The notes below the pieces were generated by a model, which saw only the letters and a program-made list of their open reading frames with translations, made no database searches and was not told the DNA's origin. DNA of 61,989 nucleotides, counting the filler, from Chiloscyllium plagiosum (lineage: Eukaryota): NCBI RefSeq assembly GCF_004010195.1. It is 4 parts of one record of this genome, joined end to end, with 100 filler letters (N's around TTAATTAATTAA, not from the genome) between each part and the next. Parts side by side here need not be neighbours in the genome. Positions count along the whole stretch, not along the records: positions 1 to 28,672 come from NC_057712.1; 3 more parts are not named here. The stretch is one strand, 5' to 3'. A program made the translations under genes and the position numbers. How positions within the stretch are numbered: the stretch's first letter is position 1; the number at the start of each line of letters is the position of its first letter. Shown here piece after piece: positions 1-11,899 of this stretch.

Positions 1-392
1 TGCCGCTTCCGGTTGTTAGTTTCAGCTGTCCGCTGTAGTGGCTGGTATATTGGGTCCAGGTCGATGTGTTTGTTGGTGGTGTTTGTGGATGAGTGCCATG
101 CTTCTAGGATTTCCCTGGCTGTTCTTTGTTTGGCTTGCCTTATAATGGTAGTGTTGTCCCAGTCGAATATACCGGCCACTACAGCGGACAGCTGAAACTG
201 ACAACCGGAAGTGGCGGGGACAGGCCACTATAAATGCCGAAGGAAACACCACAGAAGCGCTTCACAGGAGGCTCCCAAGCACTGAGGATGTCACCTAGAC
301 AGGGGATGAAACATTTGCAACAAAAATTTTCAGCTCGGCGAACAGAACCCCAACAACGAGCACCTGAGCTACAAATCTTCACCCAAACTTTG
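1..392. mobile_element. Penelope-like element 3' end with inverted terminal copy (cut by window edge)
   Basis: Minus strand 1-167 translates to a PLE C-terminus (FDWDNTTIIRQAKQRTAREILEAWHS...KHIDLDPIYQPL). 165-215 is a near-perfect reverse complement of 1-51 and continues on + into an HHR-containing terminus. Confidence 0.85.
279..318 (+). ncRNA. Minimal type-I hammerhead-like motif, partly decayed
   Basis: GCA-CTGAGGA-T-GTCACC-TAGACA-GGGGAT-GAAA-CA-TT-TGC. Stem I is GCA/TGC; ACAT is probably CpG-decayed ACGT. Confidence 0.55.
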
Positions 393-1170
393 GAGGATTT
401 GAGCTATAGGTAGAGGTTGAATAGGCTGGGGCTCTTTTCCCTGGAGCATCAGAGGCTGATGGGTGACCTTACAGAGGTTTATAAAATCATGAGGGGCATG
501 GATAGGATAAATAGACAAAGTCTTTTCCCTGGGATGGGAGAGTCCAGAACCAGATGGCACAGATTTAGGGCGAGAGGGGAAAGATATAAAAGGGATCTAA
601 GGGGCAATGTTTTCACTCAGTGGGTGGCATGTGTATGGAATGAGCTGCCAGATGAAGTGTTGGAGGCTAGTACAATTGCAACATTTAAAAGGCATCTGAA
701 TGGGTATATGAATAGAAAGAGTTTGGAGGGATATGGGCCAGGTGCTGGCAAGTGGGACTAGATTAGGTTGGGATATCTGGTCAGCCTGGATGAGTTGGAC
801 CAAAGGGTCTGCTTCCGTGCTGTACACCTCTATAACTCTACATAAACAAGGTCTTTCCCCTGAATTGGGTGAGTCCAGAACTAGAGGGTATAGTTTAAAG
901 TGAGAGGGGAAAGATTTAAAAGGGAGCTAAAGGGCAACATTTTCATTCAAAAGTGGTGTGTGTATGGAATGAACTGCCATAGGAAGTGGTGGAGGCTGGT
1001 ACAATTACAACATTCAAAAGGCATTTGAATGGGAATATGAATAGGAAGGGTTTGGAGGGGTATGGGCCGGGTGCTGGCAAATGGAACTGGATCAGGTTAG
1101 GATATCTGGTCAGCATGGACAAGTTTGATCAAAGGGTCTGTTTCTGTGCTGTACATCTCTATGACTCTAT
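393..1170 (+). mobile_element. Two tandem 5'-truncated CR1/HER1-like LINE 3' ends (about 393-840 and 842-1170)
   Basis: ORF2 C-terminus LGLFSLEHQRLMGDLTEVYKIMRG...WNELP...FKRHL, followed by the tail ...GGACCAAAGGGTCTG...CTCTATGACTCTA, present twice. Confidence 0.9.
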
Positions 1171-1271
1171 GGTATGGAAGAGAAAAAAGGCATTGAAGTA
1201 AAGTGATTTAAACAAATATCTGATGGGCAAAAATAACTATGTAATGTTCAATAACAATCCTGAAATTGAGT

Positions 1272-1424
1272 TGCAAGGTTTGTGAAGGTTTGTAGCTCAG
1301 GTTGAGATTTAGGGTGTAGGTTTGCTCACTGAGCTGTATGTTTGATATCCAGATGTTTCATTACCTAGCCCGGTAATGAAATGTCTGGATATCAAACCTA
1401 CAGCTCAGCGAGCAAACCTACACC
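1272..1424. mobile_element. Short fold-back PLE-terminus insertion
   Basis: Arms 1312-1365 and 1372-1425 are reverse complements. 13-bp TSD CCTGAAATTGAGT at 1259-1271 and 1425-1437. Sequence matches the PLE terminus at 26412-26510. Confidence 0.85.
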
Positions 1425-1831
1425 CCTGAAATTGAGTAACAGTAAGTGTACAATTTACACAGATTACACATCCATTTAAATTTGTTAATCTGTTTTTTAA
1501 CAGGGACAAAAGTCTGGTTGTTTTAAGCAGACTAATGTTCAAGTATGCCAGAAGTGCAGACAAAGTACTGCAAGGAGGTTAAGAGTTTATTGAGTTGTGC
1601 AGTGTCCTAGTTAAGTTCTACAGCTGTTCAGCTTTAATTTTTACATTCCATTCACTCCCTCTTTTTCCCTCACTTTCCTCAGAGTATGTTACTAAGTATT
1701 TTCCATTGGTATTATATATGTCTTCATCCAAAATGTCCCTCTCACTGTGGTAATTATGTACTGAATCAGTTACCAAGTTGATGTGACATTGAAGGCCCAC
1801 TAACTGATACTGTGGCTAATGGTTATATTTG

Positions 1832-2507
1832 GAGAATGTGAGGGCTGCAGATGTTGGAGATCAGAGTCGAGAGTGTTTGCGAGGAAAGCACAACATGTCA
1901 GGCAGGATCCGCTGAGCAGGAGATTCCATGTTTCGGGCATAAGCCCTTAATCAGGAATGAGGCTTGTGGGCCGGAGGCTGAGAGATAAATGGGAGGGGGG
2001 TGGGGATGGGGGGGTGCAGGGTGCAGGGAGTTGAAAATATCTGAGAAAGTGATATCTGGATGAAGGTGAAGGAGAAGGTGACAGGTCGGTGGGGAGTGAT
2101 GGGCAGGTCCAGAGGAGTGCTGACTTGGAGATTTGGGACTGGGATAATGTGGGGAAGGGGAAATGAGGAAGCTGTTGAAATCCACAGTTGTCCCATGTGA
2201 TTGCAAGGTCCCAAGGCGGAATATAACGTGTCCTTCCTCCAGGCGTCGGGTGGTAATAGTTTGGCAGTGGAGGAGGCCCAGGACCTGCATGTCCTTGACT
2301 GAGTGGAATGGGGGAGTTGAAGCGTCCAGCCACGGGGCAGTGGGGTTGGTGGCTGTGGGTGTCCCAGAGATGTTCCCCATCTATTTATCTCTCACCCCCG
2401 GCCCACAAGCTCATTCCTGATGAAGGGCCTATGCCCGAAACGTTGATTCTCCTGCTCCTCAAATGCTGCCTGACCTGCTGTTCTTTCCCAGCAACACACT
2501 CTCAAGA
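1832..2507. mobile_element. Truncated PLE (GIY-YIG C-terminus on minus) with inverted terminal copy
   Basis: Minus ORF 1898-2380 contains DMQVLGLLHCQ...RRLEEGHVIFRLGTLQ. The terminus recurs inverted at 2377-2503. 16-bp TSD CTAATGGTTATATTTG at 1816-1831 and 2508-2523. Confidence 0.85.
2414..2447 (+). ncRNA. Minimal type-I hammerhead motif, core intact
   Basis: CTGATGA-A-GGGC-CTAT-GCCC-GAAA-CG-TT at 2417-2444. A mutated inverted partner lies at about 1926-1954. Confidence 0.65.
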
Positions 2508-2799
2508 CTAATGGTTATATTTGAGTGTTAAGAACATTCTTTTGTAAGTCTTTGAGCCTTACTATTTTTGCAGTGAGGTGAAGTCATGTGTGCAGGTTTG
2601 CAAATCTTTTCATCAACAAGCATGGATTCCACAAATATATGGCCAAGCAAGGCAATGTCAACTGGGTACAGGAAACATTGAGGATCAGATATTTGCGACT
2701 GAGATGAGTTTCTCAGTTTGTGAAATGAGATTTGGTAGACCTGTCTCTGTTTGAAGGGGATTGTGAGATCGAATTTTCATACCAATGAGATTGGAGTAA

Positions 2800-4545
2800 G
2801 AAACAATAGCAGAATTAACCAAAGACATTCAACAGGTAGGGTAACATCTGTGGAGAGAAGGCCTGATGAGAATAGTTAATGTTTTGAATCCAGTGACCCT
2901 TCATCAGAACTAATAGTAATAGAAACTGATGATATACATGCTAAAGCAAAGGGATCAGGTGTGGGGTGGAAGGGATTGTGGGTGGTAATAAAGAAGTGAA
3001 AGGATAAATAGAGATGAAATCCAGAGGAGGGTAAGATGATTAGGCAAACAAAGGGATAAATACTGACAAGCCAGGGAAGGAGAAAAGTGGGTAATGGACA
3101 CCATAAATAGATGAGAATACATTGACTGTGCTGAAAGCAACCAATGAAGTGTGTTGAAGTGGGTAAAGTACATGGAAGGAGGTATTCAGACCCTAACATT
3201 ATTGAACTTGATACTGAGGCCTGAAGGTGCAGGGTCCCCAAGCAGAAAATGAAGTGCTGTTCTTCCAGCTTGTGCTGAGCCTCACTGAAGCACTTGCAGC
3301 AAGCCCAAGACAGAGATATTGGCCGGGGAATGGGGTAGTGTGTTGGAGTGACATGCAACTGGAATTTCAGGGTAATTTTGTAGACAAAACACAGGTATTC
3401 TGCGAAGTGCTCACCCAGCCTGCATTTCATCTCCTCTGTGTAGTGGAGACCACATTGTGAACAGCCGGTATAGGACATTAGACTCATTTCCAGCACTTCT
3501 GCCTCACCCCCTTCTCCTCCCTCCTACAACACTGTCAGGGTCCTCTTGGTCTTTACCCATCAACCCACCAGCATTCATATTCAAAGCATCAAAAGCTACC
3601 ATTTCCACCACTTCCAGTGTGATGCCACTGGTGAAGCAGCACTTTATTCGATGTAGTCTATTGTATCTACTGCTCACAATGTGGTCTGCTGTATATTGGG
3701 GAGATGAAACACAAGCTGGGCAACTACGTTTCAGAACACCAATGTTCTGTCCTCAAACATGACCTTGAGTTTTAGTTACCTGCTGCTCCAGCATGTTCCC
3801 TGGCCAACATCTCTGTCTTGGGCCTGTTGTAATGCTCTAGTGAAGTTCAGAGCAAGTTGGAAGAACAGCATCTCTTTTTCTGCTTGGGAACCCTGCAGCC
3901 TTCAGGACTCAATATCAAGTTCAATGATTTTAGGGCCTGAACCTCTTCTTCCACATTCTTTACTCACCCCTGTCATCACATGGGCTGCCTTCAAGTATAG
4001 CCAACCCATTCTCACCAACTTATGGGCCCCATTATCCACTTTCTCTTTTCCTGGCATACCATTATCCACCCCTTTGTTGTCCATCCATCTTTCTCTCCTC
4101 TGGACACTATCTCCACCTAATCTCTCATTCCTTTATTTCCCAGCCTGTGTCTTCAACATATATGATGTGGAGGTGCCAGTGTTGGACTGTGGGGTGGAAA
4201 AAATTAAAAAAACACACAACACCAGGTCATAGTCCAACAGGTTAATTTGATAGTACAAACTTTTGGAGAACTGCTCCTTCATCAGGTAGCTAGTGGGCCC
4301 ATTAGCTACCTGATGAAGGAACAGCGCTTCAAAAACTTGTACTTTGAAATAAACCTGTTGGACTATGATCTGGTGATGTGTGATTTTACCATCTTTTTCT
4401 TGTTCCTATTAGTTCTGAGAAAGAGTCCCTGGATTTGAAATGTTGTCTCAGCTTTGTCTCCACAGATCCTGCTGGATTCACTACATTTCTCCAGAAATTT
4501 CAGTTTTTGTTTCAGATTTCCATCATCCACAGTTCTTGGTTTTAT
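2800..4545. mobile_element. Degenerate PLE with inverted duplicated GIY-YIG/3' region
   Basis: Minus 2876-3496 reads CSQCGLHYTEE..RLGEHFAE..KLEEQHFIFCLGTL. Plus about 3640-3930 encodes the same domain (CSQCGLLYIGE..KLEEQHL). Decayed HHR-like motifs at about 2878-2907 (-) and 4415-4444 (+). Confidence 0.75.
4163..4388. mobile_element. Fold-back PLE-terminus element (GGAGC-stem HHR family) nested in an older PLE
   Basis: Palindrome about 4207-4388 centred on GGGCCC (4295-4300). Each arm carries CTGATGAAGGA...; same family as 31567-31781. Confidence 0.8.
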
Positions 4546-5269
4546 TAGAGACAGGAGTAAAACCCTGTTAGATGTTTTCTGGAACTTCATCTTATTTATT
4601 TTAAAAGCTGCTAAGCCTCCAGGTCATCTCCATAATATGCAGCTATGAATAGAAGATTACTTTCCTCCTACGAGATTAATTACTTCAAGAGACCGAGAAG
4701 TTTTGAATGGGTTTCTTAAATGGGATATTTTCATTTTACTCCTATTTTCATTAGGTATAAAAGCTATATTAGATTGTTTGGAATTTACTTATGCCTGGTT
4801 TCTGAGAACTGATAGATTCTATATTAAAGACAGTCAATCCTTAAATAACCTTTTTAAACTGTCAGCAAAACTGTCTATTCAAAGACCTCTGCTGAGATAA
4901 ATCAGCATTAGAAAGGCAGCCAAGCATTCATAAATGCATAATAATAGGTGTTGGGAAAACTTGTTAAAAAAGGCTCTAATGAAACCATTTGCCCAGATTG
5001 CAATTTTTTTTTAACCTACACCAGATTGTCAGTTTAGTGGAGAATTTTCTTTAATTTGCATTCAATGCTTGAGTCCTTTGTTTTGCATTTTTAAAGAATG
5101 TGGATTAAAAACCTTTGGGTCATGTCATTTAAACACACTTGTTCCATGCGCCAAGAGTGCTTACATATACTCCCATCAATTTGTAACTCCCATACTGTGA
5201 TTTAAGACATTTAACCAGGACTTGCGTATCTTGGTCTTGTGTGCCATTTTAAAAATCCACAGAATCTTA

Positions 5270-5545
5270 CAGGTTCAATTCCACCTTTGGCAGAATGTCT
5301 GTGTGAAGTTTGCACATTCTCTCTGTGGGCTTCCTTTTGAGTTCTGGTTTCCTCCCACAGTCCAAAAATGTGCAGGTTTGGTGGATTGGCTATGCTAAAT
5401 TGCCCAGTGTCCAGGGGTGTGTAGGTTAGGTTGGGAATTGCAGGGATAGGAGGGGGTGGGTGTGGTGGGATACTCTTTGGAGATTCGGTGTGGACTTGAT
5501 GGGCCAAATGGCTTGCTTCCACACTGTAAGGATTCTATGATTATG
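5270..5545 (+). mobile_element. HE1-like SINE, 5'-truncated
   Basis: B-box GGTTCAATTCC, core GTTTGCACATTCTC...GGTTTCCTCCCACAGTCCAAA, CR1-like tail. Confidence 0.8.
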
Positions 5546-5662
5546 AACTCTACAAAATCCAGCCTTTGGTGCACACAAATTGTAGGCTCAAGGTCCAGCT
5601 AATATTGAATAAGTCAGCAAGATGGCACATGTTTTTCATGATTTTATGAAGCAGAGTAATAC

Positions 5663-6230
5663 TTGAATACTGAGAGATCAGAAATGTTTTACATTCAGAG
5701 GGATTTGAGAGTCTTTGTACTGGACTCATGGAACTTGAGCATTCAGGTACAGAAAGCAATTAGGAAAGCAAATAGTTTACAAGTTTACATTACAAAGGGA
5801 CTGGAATATAAAAGTAAAGAATCCTTACTACAATTACACATGGCAGAGGCGAAACCACATCTGGAGTCTAAATGCAGTTTAGTTTCCTTATCTAATGAAG
5901 AAAATATTGATCTGCAGAGAGTGCAGTGATGGTTCACAAGACTGGTTCCTGGGGTGTCTCATGAGGAAAGGTTGAATAAACTAATTTTATATTCGTTAGA
6001 GTTCAAAAGAATAGGAGGTTGCAAAACTGGGATGAAAGATTCTTATGGTATTTGACTGGACTCTGGCTTGATAGGATATATACTGATGATTTTTCCCTAT
6101 TTGGAGAATCTTGAACATGGGTTGCCATCTCATAACAAAAGGTTGGTCACACAGGGCTCAGATGTGCAGAGTTTTCACAACCCCTTTGAGTGAAGAATCT
6201 TTGGAATTCTTTAATATAGTTATTGGGTAT
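5663..6230 (+). mobile_element. Old CR1 LINE 3' fragment
   Basis: QRDLRVFV..QVQKAIRKAN..GLEYKSKESLLQL..PHLE motif. Confidence 0.7.
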
Positions 6231-6689
6231 ACAGGTCTCAATGCTGGCAACTGTTATTTAAAAGAATTTTAATCTTTTTTGCCAAAACCAAATTTTGCTT
6301 GCCATTAACATTAGCTAGCATTTAACTGAAATCTCCAATTTGTATTATAAGTCTACCAGCCTTACGTTTGGCTTTAATAAGGTTGTCATTGGAAGAAAAG
6401 TTGTACATCCAACCACTCCAAATCATTGGAGCCCACCACATCTGCTTCTTCATTCTCTAGAATGACTTCAGGATTGGTGAAGCTTTCTCATTTGTCAGAG
6501 GTCATATACTTCCTTTCTTTATCTAATTAATGAACACCATGTCTAATCTGCTGCTTCTTAACAAACTTAATCTATCTGAAAATTGCTTACAAATGAGGGA
6601 CTGCCTATATTAGGTAACTGTGATCACAAACTGCCAAAGAGATGCAATGGCAGACATTTCCCTGATTTTTTTTAAAAGAATCTGACGGT

Positions 6690-7465
6690 TAGATCCAGTA
6701 TATGCGGTTAATCAGACTTAAACAGAAAACATTTAATTGTTCAAAAGCAACCACCAAGTCAGAAGACATGAAAGAATATAAAATATGGCAAAGAGTGACA
6801 AAAAGAAATGAAGAAAAATAATAGAGTACAAGAGAAAACTAGCCAAAAATATTTTTTTTAAAAGTCAATAAGCGTTTCTATAACCACTTAAAAGATAACA
6901 GCATTAACAAAGTGAATATTGGTCCGAGAGAAGTTAAATCTGGAGAATTGATGATGGAAAATAAGAAGACGGCAGATGAATTAGACAGGTATTTTGCATC
7001 AGACCTCACTGTAGAGGATGCAAATAACATTTCAGAAGCAGCTATTAATCAGCAAGTGAAAAGGAATGGAGAAGCTTAGGAAAATTATAATCACCAGAGA
7101 AGAGTTACTCACTCAATTGTTGAGCTGCAGGCTGACAAGTACTTAGCTCCTATGGCCTTCATCCTAAGGTCTTAAAAGAAGTGACAAGTGAGGTAGATGA
7201 GCATTGGTTTTAATTTTCCAAAACACCTCAGATTTGTGGAAGATTCCAATAAATTGAAAATAGAAAACCGCAAACTAGATTTTGGTGAATATTTGAAATT
7301 GGAATAAAATTAGAATGCTATTATCATAGAAATTTTAGCAATGCACTTCGACAGGTTCTACCTAATTCTATACAGTTGACATAGTTTTGTGAAACTAAGA
7401 TCATGTTTAACCAATCTGTTGGTGTTCTTTCAGGCAATGGTATTGGATAGCATTTGACAAAGCGC
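6690..7465 (+). mobile_element. Old CR1 LINE ORF2 internal fragment
   Basis: Degenerate CR1 motifs (EYKRKLA, MADELDRYFAS, LHPKVLKEV, SCLTNL, AFDK). Confidence 0.65.
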
Positions 7466-7643
7466 TACTTTTATAAACGTTTTGATATCTTTCATATGAG
7501 TGTAGAGTCATCAAATGCCTTAAGATATAATCAACTAAACCAGTTTCTACCTTTCACTGTTAGTATTTCCCCACCATTACTTCTACACAGTCAGACATTT
7601 AACCATTGGGAAGACTGAGGCCATTGTTCTTACATACTGTAAT

Positions 7644-8405
7644 AGAGACATAGAGATGTACAGCATGGAAACAGACCCTTCGGTCCAACCTGTCCATGCC
7701 GACCAGATATCCCAACCCAATCTAGTCCCACCTGCCAGCACCCGGCCAATATCCCTCCAAACCTTTTCTATTCATATACCCATCCAAATGCCTCTTAAGT
7801 GTTGCAATTGTACCAGCCTCCACCACATCCTCTGGCAGCTCATTCCATACATGTACCACCCTCTGCGTGAAAAAGTTGCCCCTTAGGTCTCTTTTATATC
7901 TTTCCCCTCTCACCCTAAACCGATGCCCTCTACTTCTGGACACCCCGACCCCAAGGGAAAAGACTTTGTCTATTTATCCTAACCATGCCCCTCATAATTT
8001 TGTAAACCTCTATAAGGTCACCCCTCAGCCTCTGACGCTCCAGGGAAAACAGTCCCAGCCTGTTCAGCCTCTCCCTATAGCTCAAATCCTCCAACCCTGG
8101 CAACATCCTTGTAAATTCTTGAACCCTTTCAAGTTTCACAACATCTTTCCGATAGGAAGGAGACCAGAATTGCACGCAATATTCCCAGCAATTATTTCTC
8201 TAGCTTCCCACAAAGTTCTCGGGTACACCTGATCAGGTCCTGGGGATTTATCCACCTTTAACCGTTTCAAGACATCCAGCACTTCCTCCTCTGTAATCTA
8301 GACATTTTGCAAGATGTCACCATCTATCCATCTATTTCCCTACAGTCTATATCTTCCATATCCTTTTCCACAGTAAATACTGATGCAAAATATTCATTTA
8401 GTATC
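7644..8405 (-). mobile_element. CR1/HER1-like LINE, young 3' end joined to an upstream ORF2 piece
   Basis: Minus ORFs QFWSPSYRKDVVKLERVQ.FTRMLPG and RGHRFRVRGERYKRDLRGNFFTQRVV. 8183-8405 is an upstream ORF2 segment (VDKSPGPDQVYPRTL), implying an internal deletion. Confidence 0.9.
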
Positions 8406-9119
8406 TTGCTTCCTTGCTTCCTTGCCACTGCCTTGAACTTGATCAGATCAATAAAATTTCAAGAGCAATAAATGCAATCAATATTGAAAATGAACTCAGG
8501 GATTATGAAGCTTGATTAACCCATGAACAATTGAAATTGTAGTTGTTTCAATGCCCAGCTAACATTAAATGACTCGCCATTGGCTGGATGAGTAGCATTT
8601 ATGGTTACATTGGGGCCCAGTGGATGCCATGATAGTCAATGACAGAGGGGAGATTCAAAGTAAAGAGTGAAATGTTGAGCATGTATATAGAAGGCTATGA
8701 CAATGGTGGTGTAATGGGTAGGTGAAGGTGTAAATTCCCCAAATGGAGAAGCACCAAGCCAGGTTCATGACATAAAAAGAGGAAAGGTCCTCAGAAACTA
8801 ACCACAGTTCGTTCATTCTCTAAGATGCAACACCAGAACATCAGAGAGATATTGCGCATTACTATTGTCAATGGAGAATGGATGTCACAGTTACTGGTGA
8901 TGTAATAACTTGTAGTTGATAGTTCCTCTACTCAGCACCACTGTGTATCCTTCTTGCTGCTGAAGTTATGTTGTGTGACATTAAAAGAGTGTATTACCTG
9001 AAATATTGCACTTCAGAAGAGAAGTGCCAATGTCTAAATGTTATTATACACTGTTTAATTTGAAGATGTCCCTGCTCTCTTCCTTTCAACAACTGCCACT
9101 TTGGTCCACAAACAGCACC

Positions 9120-9310
9120 TTAATTATCAAGAAATAGGGTCTTCCAGTCTGAACTTCATGCTGTGGGGTTCTGGCTTGGAGCAATGCTGAGTTTCCTCCT
9201 TCAAAACATCAACTTCTTCCACCCTGACCCCACCTCAGCCTCATCACTGAATCTCTTATCCAAGTCTTCATCACCAGCAAGCCCATTTTGACTTTCTCTG
9301 CCAGGTGCAT
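9120..9310 (+). mobile_element. Probable ancient L2-type LINE fragment
   Basis: Resemblance from memory to the L2 ORF2 3' region (..NI..L.P.LS...TE.LI..FITS..); highly degenerate. Confidence 0.3.
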
Positions 9311-9712
9311 TTGGTCCATTTATCCGTCTATTTTAACCCTGAGGTTCTTTTTCTCCAATTCTTTTCCTGGGTAGTTGGATCACTGTTTGGAATCATAAAT
9401 AAAGATGAATTGGATATCCTACCTCTTAATAAGGTGTAAAAGACGGTTTATTGTTTTGGAATTGGACCATCTACTCAGTAGAAGCCAGACCAGAATCAAA
9501 AAGGTCTAAAATATGAAGGAAATAAATACAGCCTTAGAGCAGGAGCCCTCTTTCAGACATGGCAAGGTTGCCACTTGGGCAACTTTGGGCTCCCTTCAAG
9601 CTTGCTTCCGTATTGGAAAATGGTCCTGAAATCAAATCTTTGACAATTTAGATCAGTACTAATAGTCTTCCAAGTGAGAAGTGATTTCAGGTAGATGTAA
9701 AAGATTCATTGA

Positions 9713-9900
9713 GAGAAAGTGAGGGCTGCAGATGCTGGAGATCAGAGCTGAAAATGTGTTGCTGGAAAAGCCAGGGGAACAGGAGAATCGCGTTTCGGGC
9801 ATAAGCCCTTCTTCAGGAAGGGCTTATGCCCGAAACGTCGATTCTCCTGTTCCTTGGATGCTGCCTGACCTGCTGCGCTTTTCCAGCAACACATTTTCAG
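9713..9900. mobile_element. Fold-back PLE-terminus insertion (GGGC-stem HHR family)
   Basis: Inverted arms 9748-9812 and 9817-9900 turn at the HHR. 15-bp TSD TAAAAGATTCATTGA at 9698-9712 and 9901-9915. Confidence 0.85.
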
Positions 9901-10587
9901 TAAAAGATTCATTGACAGTCTTTTAAGGTGAGAGCAAGTGAGTTCTGTTGTTTTCCTTATGTTCTGGATATTTATCTTCCGAGGACAGATCACCACCTGA
10001 ATTAAGTAAAGTCTAGTCATTTTAATCAATTATTTCGTCTCAGCAGCGCCTGGCTAATTGATCCGCTCCGACTTTCCACCCAAGAGGTAAATTGGCAATT
10101 CTTCTTAAACGTTGTAAAAATTTTACTTGTTGGCCTTTCACCTTCAATCCCTCCAGAGTCCAAATGGCCTGGTATTATCTGTTTGTATTCTGTTATGAGC
10201 TAAATGCCAGTGTTTCATTATTACCTTCCTTAGTGACCAACTCTAACCTTCTGTACCTCACAACATTGACTTTAAATTCCTTATCCTCAATTTCTCCAAT
10301 TTAACATTGCAACCACTTCCACAGTTGGATGAGCTTTGACTAATGGTCATTAAGCTTTGGTCTGGTTCAACCCACCTTCAGAGGCTGAATCTTCAGCCTA
10401 TTTGGATCAAATCTCAAGGCCTCCATGGTGTAACTGCTCCACCAATTTACTTTCCTCTGCATCACGAATAATTTGTCTAATCCTTATCTTTGTGGTGAAA
10501 TGTTTGGATGCCTTGCTTAAGTTACCAACATGGTCCACCGTCCTTTTCCTTTTCTTTTGGTGTCTGTAAAAAGACTTACGTCATCTG

Positions 10588-10909
10588 GGCGGCACGGTGG
10601 CACAGTGGTTAGCACTGCTGCCTCAGCGCCAGAGACCCGGGTTCAATTCCCGCCTCAGGCGACTGACTGTGTGGAGTTTGCACATTCTCCCCGTTTCTGC
10701 ATGGGTTTCCTCCGGGTGCTCCGGTTTCCTCCCACAGTCCAAAAGATGTGCAGGTCAGGTGAATTGGCCATGCTAAATTGCCCATAGTGTTAGGTAAGGG
10801 GTAAAGGTAGGGGTATGGGTGGGTTGCGCTTCGGCGGGGCAGTGTGGACTTGTTGGCCCGAAGGGCCTGTTTCCACACTGTAAGTAATCTAATCTAATTT
10901 AATCTAATC
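10588..10909 (+). mobile_element. Full-length HE1-like SINE
   Basis: A-box TGGCACAGTGG, B-box GGTTCAATTCC, (TAATC)n tail. TSD CATCTG at 10582-10587 and 10910-10915. Confidence 0.9.
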
Positions 10910-11135
10910 CATCTGAAGTAAATGAATTATATAAGCCTGTTCTCTGAGACGCTCTGAAACATAGTGATGACTGCTTAAGGAAAGTGTAAAATGTATTATT
11001 ACAGCATGTCATAAATAGTTAATTCCTGATGAAAGGTTGCCTTCAAGAATTCAACTCTGGTCAATCAACTATTCAGTTTGTGATAATCTCTGCAGAGACC
11101 AATAACTTAAAAAAAAGAACTTGCTGAATGGATGA

Positions 11136-11510
11136 TGTAGTGATTGTGATGAGGTCAGCCAGGTGGACCTCATACAGTATGAGATCCCTGATTGGGACTG
11201 TAAACCTTATCTGATCAGTGATTCCTGGCTGATAAATATAAACAGACGAGTCAGAGGTCCTGTTCGCTCTGAGGGCTGGTTCTGAGGAAGCTGGATCAGT
11301 GTCAAAAACTCTCCACGTGGAAATAAAGTTTGACATGGTGACGGGATACCAGCCTTTGTGAAGTTACTTCAGTGGCACCAAGAGTAGGATTAATGATATA
11401 ACCATGCAAAATTGCTGACTAGCTGAAGCCCAACTGGACCTCAACAGACAGTACAACTGGTTTTATCATTGGAAGAAGCAGCAAGTGGAGCATGTGAGTT
11501 GCAGGATTGA
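11136..11510 (+). mobile_element. Gypsy-type LTR (11136-11371) with PBS-like site and gag remnant
   Basis: TG...CA ends, TATAAA at 11237, AATAAA at 11322, TGGCACCAAG just after the LTR. Then degenerate gag-like INDITMQ..LAEAQLD..LSLEEAASGACELQ. Confidence 0.65.
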
Positions 11511-11714
11511 GAACGGGAAGAATACTCTAAGTGGCTAACTCTTTGAAGAGAAAGGCAAAATTAGGTGCATCCCTGTGGCAAATAGAACTACTACTTTGCT
11601 AAAAGATGTGTTGATATGTTGCAAACGTGGAAATTCCAGAAGTTACCTATTTGTTTTAAACTTAGTAAGAAAAAAAAATCAGGAATTTTATTGAAATATC
11701 GGTATTTTTTATTA

Positions 11715-11892
11715 ACTTAGAATCTCTACAGTATGGAAACAGGCCCTTCAGCCCAACAAGTCTACACCGACCCTCCGAAAAGTAACTCACCCCCTTATTT
11801 CTCTACATTTCCCCTGACAAATGCACCTAACATTACAGGCAATTTAGCATGGTCAATCCACCTAACCAGCATGTCTTTTGGATTGTGGGGAG
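11715..11892 (-). mobile_element. HE1-like SINE 3' half
   Basis: Reverse complement of the SINE tail (GGAAACAGGCCCTTCAGCCCAACAAG...GGCAATTTAGCATGG). Confidence 0.75.
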
Positions 11893-11899
11893 CCATCAT

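Noticed and set aside
4649..4900. Open frame of about 83 codons in unique AT-rich DNA
   Set aside because: No recognisable homology or convincing splice pair; the length is compatible with chance.
9930..10580. Possible retroviral or gag-like remnant on minus, with a small hairpin at 10382-10399
   Set aside because: No diagnostic motif could be read in translation.
10588..10660. tRNA gene-like A/B boxes
   Set aside because: These are SINE heads continuing into the SINE core and tail; no complete cloverleaf with terminator was seen.
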